Below are positions 28,562-48,048 of a stretch of DNA of 64,000 bases, one piece after another. This DNA comes from the human T2T-CHM13v2.0 reference genome, Homo sapiens. The notes under the pieces are model-generated. The model did no database searches. It was not told where the DNA came from and worked only from the letters and a program-made list of their open reading frames with translations. Location of the stretch: assembly GCF_009914755.1 (NCBI RefSeq), contig NC_060943.1; one strand, given 5' to 3'. Made by a program: the position numbers and the translations under genes. Numbering within the stretch: position 1 is the first letter of the stretch; every line of letters starts with the position of its first letter.

Positions 28562-29230
28562 TGAGGGGGGAAATGAAAGAAAAAAGAAAAAATTAAGAGA
28601 ATTAAGCTTTTCCTGTATTAGGCTGACTTGTCTCAGAGGCAGCAACAGGCACAGCCCAGACCCAGGAAAAGTCTTAATAATACTAAGAAGCCAAGACACA
28701 AAGGAATGTGCTCTGGAGCCTCTCCCAGCACTCCCTCAACATAGGGAGAAGAAAAACAAATTTTCCTTTGTTTCATGGTATGAGTTTATAGATTCCTGCT
28801 CTCTACACCTAGTGACTTCAAATATTCTGTTTTATCAGCAGTGGAGTGAAGGTCATAAACTGTCTGAGCAGCCTGAGATAGAGCCACCTGGGTGCCATAG
28901 TGATGGCCATGGAATAAGCCATGCTAAGCACTAGGGCAAACCTACATAATGGCCATCTGAGTTGCACAGCAACGGTCATGTCTAATCCTGAGTTATGAGC
29001 CTGTTATAATTTGATTAACTGTCTTTGTCCTGCCTCTGTATCCCTGCTTTCACGCCACTGTAAGCCTGCTTCAAGCTAACCCACCCCTTTTTAAAAGTGT
29101 GTTTAAGTCAAGTGCTGTCTTTATTCTAGGCCCAGTTTTTAGACGTTGAGTCCGGTGGGTCTGAGTGCACTCAATAAAGATCCTCCTGTATACACCCCAA
29201 GGTCTCTCTTTTCCTCCTGTTTCCACAACA
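28562..29230 (+). mobile_element. Solo ERV1-class LTR (LTR15-like), 669 bp
   Basis: TG...CA termini, perfect 4-bp TSD CTAC (28558-28561 and 29231-29234), AATAAA at 29173-29178; family name from memory. Confidence 0.8.
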
Positions 29231-29389
29231 CTACATGTGATGCTGACAGAGGGTGCTGGGACAGGGGCTTCCAGTGGGGCCCCATGAACATTTATTCTGT
29301 TGCTAGTGAGGTGTTTGTCTCACTGGCTTTTGCAACATATAACCAGTGCTTCCCGCCTGATGTCCTCACTTGCTGAGAATGAGGCTAAC

Positions 29390-30410
<1,021 letters not shown>

Positions 30411-30885
30411 CAATTTGACCCAAAGTCAGTCTCAGGAGGCCAGGGGGTGGGGGACAGAACAGGCCAGGGCAGGAACTTGCAGGGACGGGTGCAGGCAGGC
30501 TGAGGTCTCAGGAATGTGTCTGCACCTCTGTGGTTTCCCTTCTCTTCTTCCCTTCTGGGGACCTTTGCAATCTGGGCTGGCTGCTGGGTCCCGCCTAGGT
30601 TTCAGATTCTGCCCCACCCTGAGGTTGGCCAGTCCCTTCTCTCTGTGGCTCTGGGAGTGGAGCCTCAGCCCTTGGTACAGTGGAGCAAACAAACTCTGAT
30701 TTGGGGCCCCAGAGAGGAAGCGCTGGGAATCCAGGGGTTGGACAGGCTGGACCCCAAGCCCTGCTTCCACCATGGCTGTCCGTGCGACCCTGGGAGTGAC
30801 TGTCAGTCCTGGTGAGACAGGGTCACAGCACCTGCCTCTCATGGCCATTCAACTGGGTTAATGTCCCTGCCCAGCCAGGGAATGA

Positions 30886-34160
<3,275 letters not shown>

Positions 34161-35130
34161 CGTGCATCACTATTTTGATGCATCATCTTCAAACCACCCT
34201 GCCCCAGCATCACTGGACTGCCGGTGTGCCCAGCCTCCCCTGCACAGCTTCCCACTCTGCTCACAGAGAAGACGGTGGAGGGGGGAGCCCAGGCGTGGGT
34301 TTTCCGTGTGCTGAGGGTGTCCTCAGCCACCTTTTTCCCCAAGTCATTGACGTGAAGCTGATTTTCTCATTGGTGGCCATGGAAACTGCCCAGAAATGGG
34401 AGCAGGGCCTCTGAGACCCTGCCCCAGCTAGACTCTCTCTCCAGGCTTCAGTGTCTCCTCCTGGAGCTGGGTGTTGACTCTGTCCAAGACTCTGCTCAGT
34501 CACTTCCTGGCTGATCCCCGAGTGCTCAAGTGTGTGATGAGATTAGGGCTCCCCCAGGCAGGAAACGGCCACATTGGACCCCTCCCTCCCCCATCCCTAG
34601 TTCATTTTATTTTCCCCAATCCTCATGGCTCCCAACTAGGCCCTCCTGCTCCCAGACCCCCCCAAGCCCTGTCCCCCATCCCCTGTAGCCCAGCGCTGAG
34701 CACACTGGGGCCAGAACCACCCATACCAGACTCCCCCAGGGCACGACGGGTTGAGGCCTCTCTGAGGCAGGGAGGGACAACACTGAGGGGCCTTGTGCAG
34801 AAGAGGGAAGGGGTACCCCCCCGAGCTTCAGTTTCTTCATCTGCCCGATGAGCCCCCATCCAATGGTACCCAGGAGTGGGGATGTGCTGGGGCTAGAGGA
34901 GGGAGGCCCCCTGGAGGCTGGCTTGGGGACCCTTCAACCTGGCCACCTCACTCAGGGTCAGAGGTCAGAGCAGGCGAGCCACACACCCCGAAGTCCCCCC
35001 GGTCCTCGGCAGGTGCTGTCCCCAGCATCACTGTCTCCCCTACAGATGCCCGTGTGTCCCCTGGGCAAGAGTGAAGTGAGGCACTCATACAGGGGTGCCT
35101 TGTGAGTATGGGGTCAGCCGAGGATGCTGA

Positions 35131-35529
<399 letters not shown>

Positions 35530-35539
35530 TAGCAGGGCT

Positions 35540-36026
35540 CTTCTTATCCTGCTCACCAGAGATAGGAAGTCGGGGGGTGACTTCAGGAAAGGCCCAGAGC
35601 CCGTGATGGGCGTGGGGATTGGGGTGAGGACAGGGCTGTCGTGAGAACAGTGGCTGCAGATGTGAGCGGCTGGCAGGAAGTGGCCACTTGAACCGCAGAT
35701 GCTTCCTGGGCTGGTCAGGGACCGGGGGTGCTGGCTGCAGCTGGGACCCCCCCCCCTGCATCTTGCTGGCCTGGCACCTGGGTCCCTGGGAGGCGCCACA
35801 CTGGATATAGCCACGTGGGGCAGCCCGGTCTCCATAACCCACACTCCAGTCCTCCCACGGGCTGGCTGGCAAGCGGCCCTGGTGGGTCTGCGGGGGCAGG
35901 GGCAGCCTTCCTGGTTTATCTCTACCGGCGCGATCTGCTCGTCCGCCTCGGCTCCAGAAGCTGGGGCTCAGGGTCCGGCGAGGCAGGAAGCCTGAGGCCA
36001 CAGCCCAGAGCAGCCTGAGTGCAGTC
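35540..36026 (+). promoter_or_regulatory. F2RL3: F2RL3 proximal promoter / 5' UTR with GATA, ETS and E-box motifs
   Basis: Immediately upstream of the ATG; AGATAGGAAGT 35560-35570, CAGGAAGTG 35674-35682, CACGTG 35812-35817, TTCCTGGTTTATCT 35908-35921; no canonical TATA. Confidence 0.6.
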
Positions 36027-36135
36027 ATGTGGGGGCGACTGCTCCTGTGGCCCCTGGTGCTGGGGTTCAGCCTGTCTGGCGGCACCCAGACCCCCAGCGT
36101 CTACGACGAGAGCGGGAGCACCGGAGGTGGTGATG
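36027..36135 (+). CDS. F2RL3: F2RL3 (PAR4) exon 1 CDS: signal peptide / propeptide
   Basis: MWGRLLLWPLVLGFSLSGG...; gtgagt donor at 36136; 109 nt, phase 1. Confidence 0.98.
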
Positions 36136-36409
36136 GTGAGTGGTCCTGGCTTTGGGGTGCAGAGATGGGGTTACATCAGAGATGGAGCTGGGGGCCCGGA
36201 GCTGGGGAGGGGGAGGCCGGGAAGTTGCGGGCTTCAGCCCAGCCCACTCTGTATCCCGTCTCTGACCCCATAGGGCTGGGCTATTCCCTTGAGTGTCATG
36301 TCCAGCTGTTTCCCACCAGGGCAGACCCCAGGCTCTGAGCACCTCCCTCCCTGCTGCTTCTCGTCACCTGCCGAGGCAGGGGCTGACTGAGGTCCCCTCT
36401 CTCTCCCAG

Positions 36410-37458
36410 ACAGCACGCCCTCAATCCTGCCTGCCCCCCGCGGCTACCCAGGCCAAGTCTGTGCCAATGACAGTGACACCCTGGAGCTCCCGGACAGCTC
36501 ACGGGCACTGCTTCTGGGCTGGGTGCCCACCAGGCTGGTGCCCGCCCTCTATGGGCTGGTCCTGGTGGTGGGGCTGCCGGCCAATGGGCTGGCGCTGTGG
36601 GTGCTGGCCACGCAGGCACCTCGGCTGCCCTCCACCATGCTGCTGATGAACCTCGCGGCTGCTGACCTCCTGCTGGCCCTGGCGCTGCCCCCGCGGATCG
36701 CCTACCACCTGCGTGGCCAGCGCTGGCCCTTCGGGGAGGCCGCCTGCCGCCTGGCCACGGCCGCACTCTATGGTCACATGTATGGCTCAGTGCTGCTGCT
36801 GGCCGCCGTCAGCCTGGATCGCTACCTGGCCCTGGTGCACCCGCTGCGGGCCCGCGCCCTGCGTGGCCGGCGCCTGGCCCTTGGACTCTGCATGGCTGCT
36901 TGGCTCATGGCGGCCGCCCTGGCACTGCCCCTGACACTGCAGCGGCAGACCTTCCGGCTGGCGCGCTCCGATCGCGTGCTCTGCCATGACGCGCTGCCCC
37001 TGGACGCACAGGCCTCCCACTGGCAACCGGCCTTCACCTGCCTGGCGCTGTTGGGCTGTTTCCTGCCCCTGCTGGCCATGCTGCTGTGCTACGGGGCCAC
37101 CCTGCACACGCTGGCGGCCAGCGGCCGGCGCTACGGCCACGCGCTGAGGCTGACCGCAGTGGTGCTGGCCTCCGCCGTGGCCTTCTTCGTGCCCAGCAAC
37201 CTGCTGCTGCTGCTGCATTACTCGGACCCGAGCCCCAGCGCCTGGGGCAACCTCTATGGTGCCTACGTGCCCAGCCTGGCGCTGAGCACCCTCAACAGCT
37301 GCGTGGATCCCTTCATCTACTACTACGTGTCGGCCGAGTTCAGGGACAAGGTGCGGGCAGGGCTCTTCCAACGGTCGCCGGGGGACACCGTGGCCTCCAA
37401 GGCCTCTGCGGAAGGGGGCAGCCGGGGCATGGGCACCCACTCCTCTTTGCTCCAGTGA
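36410..37458 (+). CDS. F2RL3: F2RL3 (protease-activated receptor 4) exon 2: thrombin site PAPR47/GYPGQV and 7-TM GPCR
   Basis: 274-nt intron; 109+1049 nt = 385 aa + stop; tethered ligand GYPGQV, DRY and DPFIY motifs. Confidence 0.99.
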
Positions 37459-37475
37459 CACAAAGTGGGGAAGGC

Positions 37476-38905
<1,430 letters not shown>

Positions 38906-39519
38906 GGATCAAACTCTGCTTCCTGGGCCCTGCCAGCATCTCTGGCTCGGCTTTCTGGGCTGGATGCAGCCCACGACGCACTGGTGTCTGAGATGGGGCT
39001 GGAGCTGGGGCTGGGGCTGCATTCCCTGGAGACTCACTGCAAGTTCCTGCCCAGGAGGCTGAGGGCACCCCATCCTCAGTGCCCAATGCTGTGGCCCCAC
39101 CAGGCCCAGAGCCTGGTTGGCCATTCTCATGCCCACCAGCTTCTGGCTTTGGGATGTCTCTTGAGCAACCAGAATAGCACCCCCAACTCTGCTCCCCAAA
39201 ACCCATCACTAGCACGGCTCAGCCTCCTGCTATCCCCTGACTGCTGGGGACCCTCGCCTTCCCTCCTCTCACCTGCAGGCTGATCCTTCTTTTCACTTTC
39301 TGTCAATGTCACCAGGGATAAGGTGGGACAATGGGGGGTGGGGGTGGACAGTGTGTGCTGGGGGGTTCGGGTGCTGCAGACCTGGAACTCCCTTCTGCCA
39401 GGATGTTGGCAGCCGGTTGTAAGCCTTGCACGGGACAGACCACAAGGGGCCATGCCAGTGGCTGTGGAGGACACAGCTGGTGTGTGGGGAAGGGGAGAAG
39501 CCTCAGCACCTGGTGCACA

Positions 39520-39560
39520 AACACACACACAGACACAGACACACACACACACAGAGACAC
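39520..39560. repeat. (CA)n-rich microsatellite
   Basis: Directly visible. Confidence 0.9.
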
Positions 39561-39944
39561 CGCTGCTCACTCCAGGGAGTGGCATAGGGCAGTTTCAAAG
39601 ACCACTGGGGCATGAACTATGGGGGCAAGGCAGAGGGTTGGAGGGCCACTGTTGGGCTCCTCATTGGGTCTATGTCTCTGATCAGCCCAACTTTGGGCAG
39701 CCCTGGGCTGGGGGTGTCAGGTGCCCGGGACACACACATGCACACACACACACATGCACACACAAAGTTCATGTGCACCCCAGAACATGTGAGTAAGATC
39801 AGTAACGTGTATTCTTGTCAATATCCTGGAGTGATCATTTACCAGAGTTTTCTGAGATGTTAACCACAGGCACAAGCTGGGTGTGTGGGTATGAATGGTC
39901 CCCAGGACCAAACTGCGGTCCCACAACTGCATGTGGTTGTAGGA

Positions 39945-40176
39945 TTATCTCAAGGTGCAGGTGTTTGACATCCATAAACCCTCCTCCCCACCACTCTGAA
40001 AGGCTGGGCTGTAGACGAAGACAGGGCTCAGAAGCCCTGGCCTGTGGGCCCCCACCACCCGGCCACTATGTCTCTGAGGGGCCGGAGTCTGGCCCCATCT
40101 GTGGAACGGGCTGGCGCTCTGGGTGCTGCTTTCCAGGTTCCCGCTGCTCACAGGAGGCCGAGGCCCGGCTGTGACC
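39945..40176 (-). CDS. CPAMD8: CPAMD8 last coding exon ([17 protein letters not shown]...SNTCTLR*)
   Basis: tccag acceptor; phase 2 start; TAA at 39947-39945. Confidence 0.88.
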
Positions 40177-41596
40177 CTGGAGATGAGGTTTTATCTTACA
40201 ACATCCTCTACAGCAAGTGGGCACGGGGCCTCGGGCTGAGGAAGGAGCCACAGGGCCTGTCGCTTGTAGGGTGCCAGGGGTGGGGAACCCACCGGCCAGG
40301 GCAGCCTCAGACCTTGATCTCACAGGCAGCGAGGGGCCTCCGTGCTGGCAGAGATCAGGGCTGAGCGGTGTTGGCTGAAATAAATACCACCCCGGAGAAG
40401 ATGGGCAAATGCAGACATAAGCAGGTGCCAGGGGTCACAAAGGGGAATCAAAGTCTGCTGGTACTGGTGGCAGGCAGCTGGTAGGGCCCCCCAAGGCAGG
40501 CAGGTTCTGGGCCTGGGGGCCCTGGGAGTGGGCTGGTCCTCTGGGCACGAGGACATCAGGAACTCACGGTGAGGAAGCACCGGGGTCACCCAGCCCCGGC
40601 AGCCGGAAGCTGAAAGTGCATTTGCTGAGAGCCATCTGCTTCCCCGCAGGGCCTTGTGATGTGAGCCCGAGGTCCCCGGGGGGCGAAGGCAGAGGGTGCG
40701 AGAGCTGGGACAGTCTTAGGGCAATTTGGGGTCCTGGGTGCCCCAAAGGGAGGCCGGGGCTTTGTGTTTCAGAGAAACGCAGCCTGTTCCGTTTTGAAGT
40801 TGCCCACCGGCTGGATGTTTTGCTAATTTAGTCCACATCGTGTTTGCTCAGAAAGAGGCTTTTGGCCACACGAGTGCTTTCTGGGAATGTTTCTTCTCCC
40901 GGGAACAGAATGTCAGGCTGTGGGAGCTGCCGTGGCCCCAGGAAAATGATGCCCAGCTCCAAGGCTGGGGGGTTGGGGTGCTTGGAGCTCCAGCTGTAGC
41001 TAGGAAGGTGGGGGATCTCCCAAGGGACCTCCAGCTGTCCCCCCTGCACCACACCGGTGACTGCTGAGCCCACACCTGGGTCCCAAGAGTCTCATCCTAG
41101 GGACGGGCAGATCTCTGTCATTCTGTTCCTTGGGTTCATTTAGAGGCAGGTGTCACCTGGGCTGAGGTCTGCCCACCCACCATACAGAGTCACAGGCTGA
41201 TAGGGACAGGATGCAGCCAGATGGTGTCGTCCTGCTCTCAGCAGGGCAGCCGTTAGGAAGAGAAGCCGCTCTGACTGGCCAGGAGAGGAGAAAGATTCCT
41301 ATGGGGCCGCCAGGACTTCGGGATGGGACCCCACACCCCTTTCCTGAACCCAACTCCACGGGGCTCAGGCCAGCTGCCACCTCCTCATTTAGATGGCAGA
41401 ACCCCAACTGGATGGGGGACACATGGCCCAGGCCTGGCACTGTACAACTCTGCCTCCTTTCCCCTTCCAGTGGACCACAGTGATGGGCTCTGGGTGTCCA
41501 TGTGCGGTAAGAGGGGAGTAGCTTGTGTCAGACCACCAACCAAATCGAAAAGCTACCCATAGCACACTACCCAGCAATACAAAAGAACAAACTCCA

Positions 41597-42220
<624 letters not shown>

Positions 42221-42482
42221 CTATGGATACACGAAACAACACAGGTGAATGCAAGGGAATCATGCTCCAAAGATTATCCGCTCTGATTCCATTTACCTGG
42301 CATTCTCAAAATAACAAAATTACAGACGGGTAGGGGGAAAATGGCTTAGTGGTTGCAGGTGTTGAGGGGAGAGATGAAGTTATGGAAGAGCAGCTGGAAG
42401 GATCCTGTGCAGATGGGCTGTTTGTTGACTATGGTTGAGATTACACAAATCTGCCCATGAGGAAACCGCACACTGTTAACTA

Positions 42483-42720
42483 CAGGCAAAACTTCCCTAG
42501 TCCAAAAATCCTAAATCTGAAATGTTCCAAAATCCAAGTCTTTTTGAGCAGCGACTTGACGTGCTCAAAGGCAATGCTCATTGGGGCATTTCAGATTTTT
42601 AGATTAGGGATGCTGAACCTTAGCTAACTATATAATGCAAGCATTCTGAAATGTGAAAAAATCTGAAATCCGAAACACTGCTGGTCCCCCCAGCATTTCG
42701 GATAAGGGATCCTTGACCCG
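42483..42720. mobile_element. Tigger4a/MER46-like TcMar-Tigger MITE
   Basis: AAATCTGAAATGTTCCAAAATC...GCTCATTGG.GCATTTCAGATTT...CCCAGCATTTCGGATAAGGGAT; TA flanks. Confidence 0.75.
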
Positions 42721-42779
42721 TATGCGCGCGCGCGCGCGCACGCACACACACACACACACACACACACGCGCGCGTGCGC
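42719..42779. repeat. (CG)7-(CA)n-(CG)n alternating purine-pyrimidine tract
   Basis: 61 bp of uninterrupted RY alternation. Confidence 0.95.
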
Positions 42780-43014
42780 CCGCGCACAGCTGTTCGCTGG
42801 TGGGTGTTGCGTGGGCCAGGGTGGAGGGAGGATGAATGTCCCACTTTGTCCCCAGGAACTCTGAGCCTCTGACCCTGAGTCACTCCCACTGCCAGTGGGG
42901 GGTCGGGGCGGGGCGGAGGAGTCGGGGCAGGTCGTCGGGGGAGGTTGGTAGGGGAGGGAGGTGGGGAGATATTGAGCCTATGTCTCTTATCTCTGGGGTG
43001 GGCCCAGCTGTTAC

Positions 43015-43165
43015 CTGTCCTCCGCCTCCCCTTCAGGCTCAGGGTCTGAGTCCTCCACCTCAAGGCCGGCTCCATTCAGCTTCACGTCCTGCTGTAAAGG
43101 CCCCGGGGCCACAGAAGCCAGGTCATCCCCGTAGGTGGAGGACGACGAGGCCGGCAGCCGCTGCT
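43015..43165 (-). CDS. CPAMD8: CPAMD8 coding exon ([15 protein letters not shown]...EAEDR)
   Basis: tccag/gtaac; 151 nt, phase 1 to 2. Confidence 0.93.
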
Positions 43166-43294
43166 CTGGAAGGAAGGGGGCCTCGGTCGGGAGGGCGTGG
43201 CGGGGAGGGGACCCAAGGGCCGAGGGGAGGAGATCCGTGGCCCAGAGCAGCAGCGATGGTGTCCCCGAGGCTAGGCGGGGGGTAGGGTCCTCAC

Positions 43295-43504
43295 CGAGGG
43301 CGCAGCAGCTGGGAGGCGCGGGCTCCAGGGGCGCGGCCTGGCGGCAGGCGGCCTCCCGCAGGCGGCAGGCGCTGGCGTAGACCACCCCGTCGGAGCCGCA
43401 CACCGGGTTCCCCTGGGCGCCGCAGTCGTGGTCGCAGCCGCATCGCGCGATCGCCGCCCCCTCCTCAGGGGCCACGGCAGGGCCCGACTCGCCGGGGAAC
43501 CAGC
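43295..43504 (-). CDS. CPAMD8: CPAMD8 coding exon encoding a Kazal-type domain
   Basis: [31 protein letters not shown] Kazal signature; 210 nt, phase 1-1. Confidence 0.96.
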
Positions 43505-43782
43505 CTGGGGGACGAGGCAGGCTCGACAGACCCCCCACCCTGAACCTTGCCCGCGCCCCCACAGAACCTGGGGGTGGGGAAGATGTCCCTGGGTCCCGGG
43601 CCCACTACCCCCTCGGTGGGTCTTGGGGCGCGACAGTTAATGGGAGGTCCTGAGCCCTGGCCTTATGGAATTTCACGCAGGTATTTGCCTAATACTTACA
43701 AAAACAGAAACAGACTTTTAAAAAGCGGTTGTAGGAGAGAAAGGAGACAGGGCGTCCTGTCTGGGCCGCCCTGCAACAACAG

Positions 43783-44370
43783 CCCCGTCCCCTGCCGCGC
43801 CTCCTCCGCACTGACCACACCCACCCCAACCCCACCCCCACCGCACTGACCGCTCCTATCCTCAACCCCGCCCCCTCCGCGGTGACCACACCTACCCTCA
43901 ACCCCGCCCCCTCCGTCCTGACCACTCTTAACCCCGCCCCCTCCGCACTGACCACACCCACCACAAATCCCGCCCCTCAGCGCTGACCGCACCCACCCTC
44001 GACCCCGCCCCCCGCACTGACCACACCCACCGCAACCTCATCCCCTCAGCACTAACCACATCCACTCTCAACCCCGTCCCCTTCGCACTGACCACACCCA
44101 CCCCGTTCGGCCCCGCCCCCCGCACTGAACACACCCGCCCTCAACCCCGCACCCTCCGCACTCACCTCCCCCTCGCCGCTCGACCCCGCCCTCACCACAC
44201 TGACCACCCTCAACCCATTGCGCCCAGTCCCCACCACAGTGACCACACCCTCACTGGCTCGGCCCTGCCCCCAGTATACTGACCATTCCCCAGCCACTTC
44301 CCTTCCGCACTTACCACTCCCCCAGCCACGCCCCTCCCCGCTGACCGCTCCTCCAGCCCCGCCTCCCCCG
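43783..44370. repeat. C-rich minisatellite, ~35-bp unit (CCCCGCCCCCTCCGCACTGACCACACCCACCCTCAA), ~16 imperfect copies
   Basis: Tandem units directly visible. Confidence 0.92.
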
Positions 44371-44529
44371 TACAGGCAGAGCGCCCGCCCACCTCTATGC
44401 TGCGTTCTCCTGACTTTACGTTGGCCCCTCCTCTGCCAAGCCCCCAGGGGAGCCCTCCCTGGCGTCCGAGGGTGGGAGTCGGGGTGTGGCAGGCCGCGGT
44501 GGGGGGCGGCAGTGGCTCCGCGCACTCAC

Positions 44530-44640
44530 CCGGGCCCCGGGCAGGGGCGCGCTCCACTTCGTTGCACGCGGGTCCGGCGCACAGTTCCCGGGCGAGTGGG
44601 CTGTGGGTGCTGACGTTGTAGAAGCGAGTGGCCTCGAAGG
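44530..44640 (-). CDS. CPAMD8: CPAMD8 coding exon ([14 protein letters not shown]...ARGP)
   Basis: cgtag/gtgagt; 111 nt, phase 1-1. Confidence 0.95.
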
Positions 44641-44727
44641 CTACGGGACGAGGGTGGCGGGTGACCAAGTGCAGGCGCGACGGGTCAGGGACCGGGCCGG
44701 GCCGGGGGTGCGGGCGCGCGGGCCTAC

Positions 44728-44833
44728 CGGGTTCGTAGTAGTCGTACACGGAGACTGGCAGCGCCGACGTCCTGCCCACCACGCACTCCCGGAGAGCACG
44801 GAACCGCACGCACGTCAGGCACCGGCTGGGGAT
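44728..44833 (-). CDS. CPAMD8: CPAMD8 coding exon ([11 protein letters not shown]...SVYDYYEP; A2M receptor-binding/MG8 domain)
   Basis: cacag/gtagg; 106 nt; VYDYY motif typical of the C3/A2M family. Confidence 0.96.
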
Positions 44834-44954
44834 CTGTGGGGCAGCGGCGGGCGCAGGCTCGACCCGGGCCAGGAGGCCCGGGGCGCTGAGCTCAGGCCCA
44901 GAACTGGCTGATTTCAGGGATACCCAGGACGCGTGAAACACAGAAGAAACGTGA

Positions 44955-46195
<1,241 letters not shown>

Positions 46196-46313
46196 CCAGT
46201 GTCTTTTTTATGGTACAAGATACTTGCAGGGAGCCACACCAGGCAGTGACCGGTGCACCCTCACCAACATGCACACCAGGGAAGCCTCCTCCACCAACCC
46301 CGGCTGGTGGTAC

Positions 46314-46388
46314 CTCATCAAAGTAGAAGAGCACTCGGCGTCCAGCCACTTCATACCTCTTCATCCCCATGTGCTTGTCAAGGAGCAG
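46314..46388 (-). CDS. CPAMD8: CPAMD8 coding exon ([25 protein letters not shown])
   Basis: ctgcag/gtacca; 75 nt, phase 0-0. Confidence 0.96.
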
Positions 46389-47154
46389 CTGCAGAGGAAG
46401 CCAGAAGTCAGGGTCCTCAGACTCTCTACTTGCTTCCTCTCCCATCCCCTGGGGGCAGTGGTCAGTGGGATGCTTGGACTTGCCCACAAGTTACCATGGG
46501 CTGGGGTCTGGGTGCTGGTCAGTGCTCCCCAGGCCCTGCCAGCCTCTCAGCACCCAGGAGAGGACGCTCAAGGATGGCTATCCCCGCTGGGAGCACCTGC
46601 CTCGCCTCCCTATACACTCCCTCAACCCAGCCCCAAGCCCAGGTCAGGCTTCTCCGTGGCCAAAGAGGTGCCCGGCTGAGCCCTGCCGCCTGCTGGTGTC
46701 TCAGCTGCACTGTTCAAGTTCCCCTCCCAGCCTGGGATTTTTTTTTTTTTTTCAGTTTTTGATTTAAAAAAATCCACACCCACTCCAAGGCCTCTGAATT
46801 GACCACATCCTCATCCCCTGGTGCTCCGTGCAGCCTCCTTGGAGGGGAGGTGACAATAGGCCCAGCTTTCCTGTTCCACCCTCCCCACACTGCAGACCTC
46901 CTTTGGTCCCTGAAACCCTCGCTTCTTGGTCCTCTTTCTCCCCCAGCCAGAGCCGGGCAGCAATCCCCACCCCCATGTCCCTCTTCCTTCCTGTACAAAA
47001 TGGGGACATGGCACTGGTCTGTCTTAGGGTTGTGAGGGTGACAGCTGGTCTCGGCAGAATGTGGATTGAGAATACCCCATGGCTCCCCACCCAGGGCCAA
47101 AGCACATGGAACTTTGCTGAAGTTCTAGGTGGCATTTATAATAGTGTGACAGTG

Positions 47155-47870
<716 letters not shown>

Positions 47871-48048
47871 GAAACAGGGTAAAAGGGGAGGGGGAGGGGA
47901 AGGGGGAGGGGGAGAGGGAGAGGGAAGAAAAGAATACCCATAGCATTTTACAAAGGTCTGGACTGCCAGCCAGCCTGACCCTGGGTGCCTAAGCCCTACC
48001 TATTGTTCAGAGATCCCTGCCCACCGCTGCTCACCGGCGCTGCCTCAC

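Larger units (their letters stand above)
43100..44950. promoter_or_regulatory. Intragenic CpG island over the CPAMD8 3' exons
   Basis: Visibly very high GC and CpG density. Confidence 0.75.

Noticed and set aside
27631-28934. 258-aa and 191-aa intergenic ORFs
   Set aside because: Largely overlap MaLR/ERV1 LTR sequence; no coding signature
42620-43075. 151-aa - strand ORF overlapping the CPAMD8 penultimate exon in another frame
   Set aside because: Runs through the G-rich tract, the CA/CG microsatellite and a Tigger MITE; low complexity
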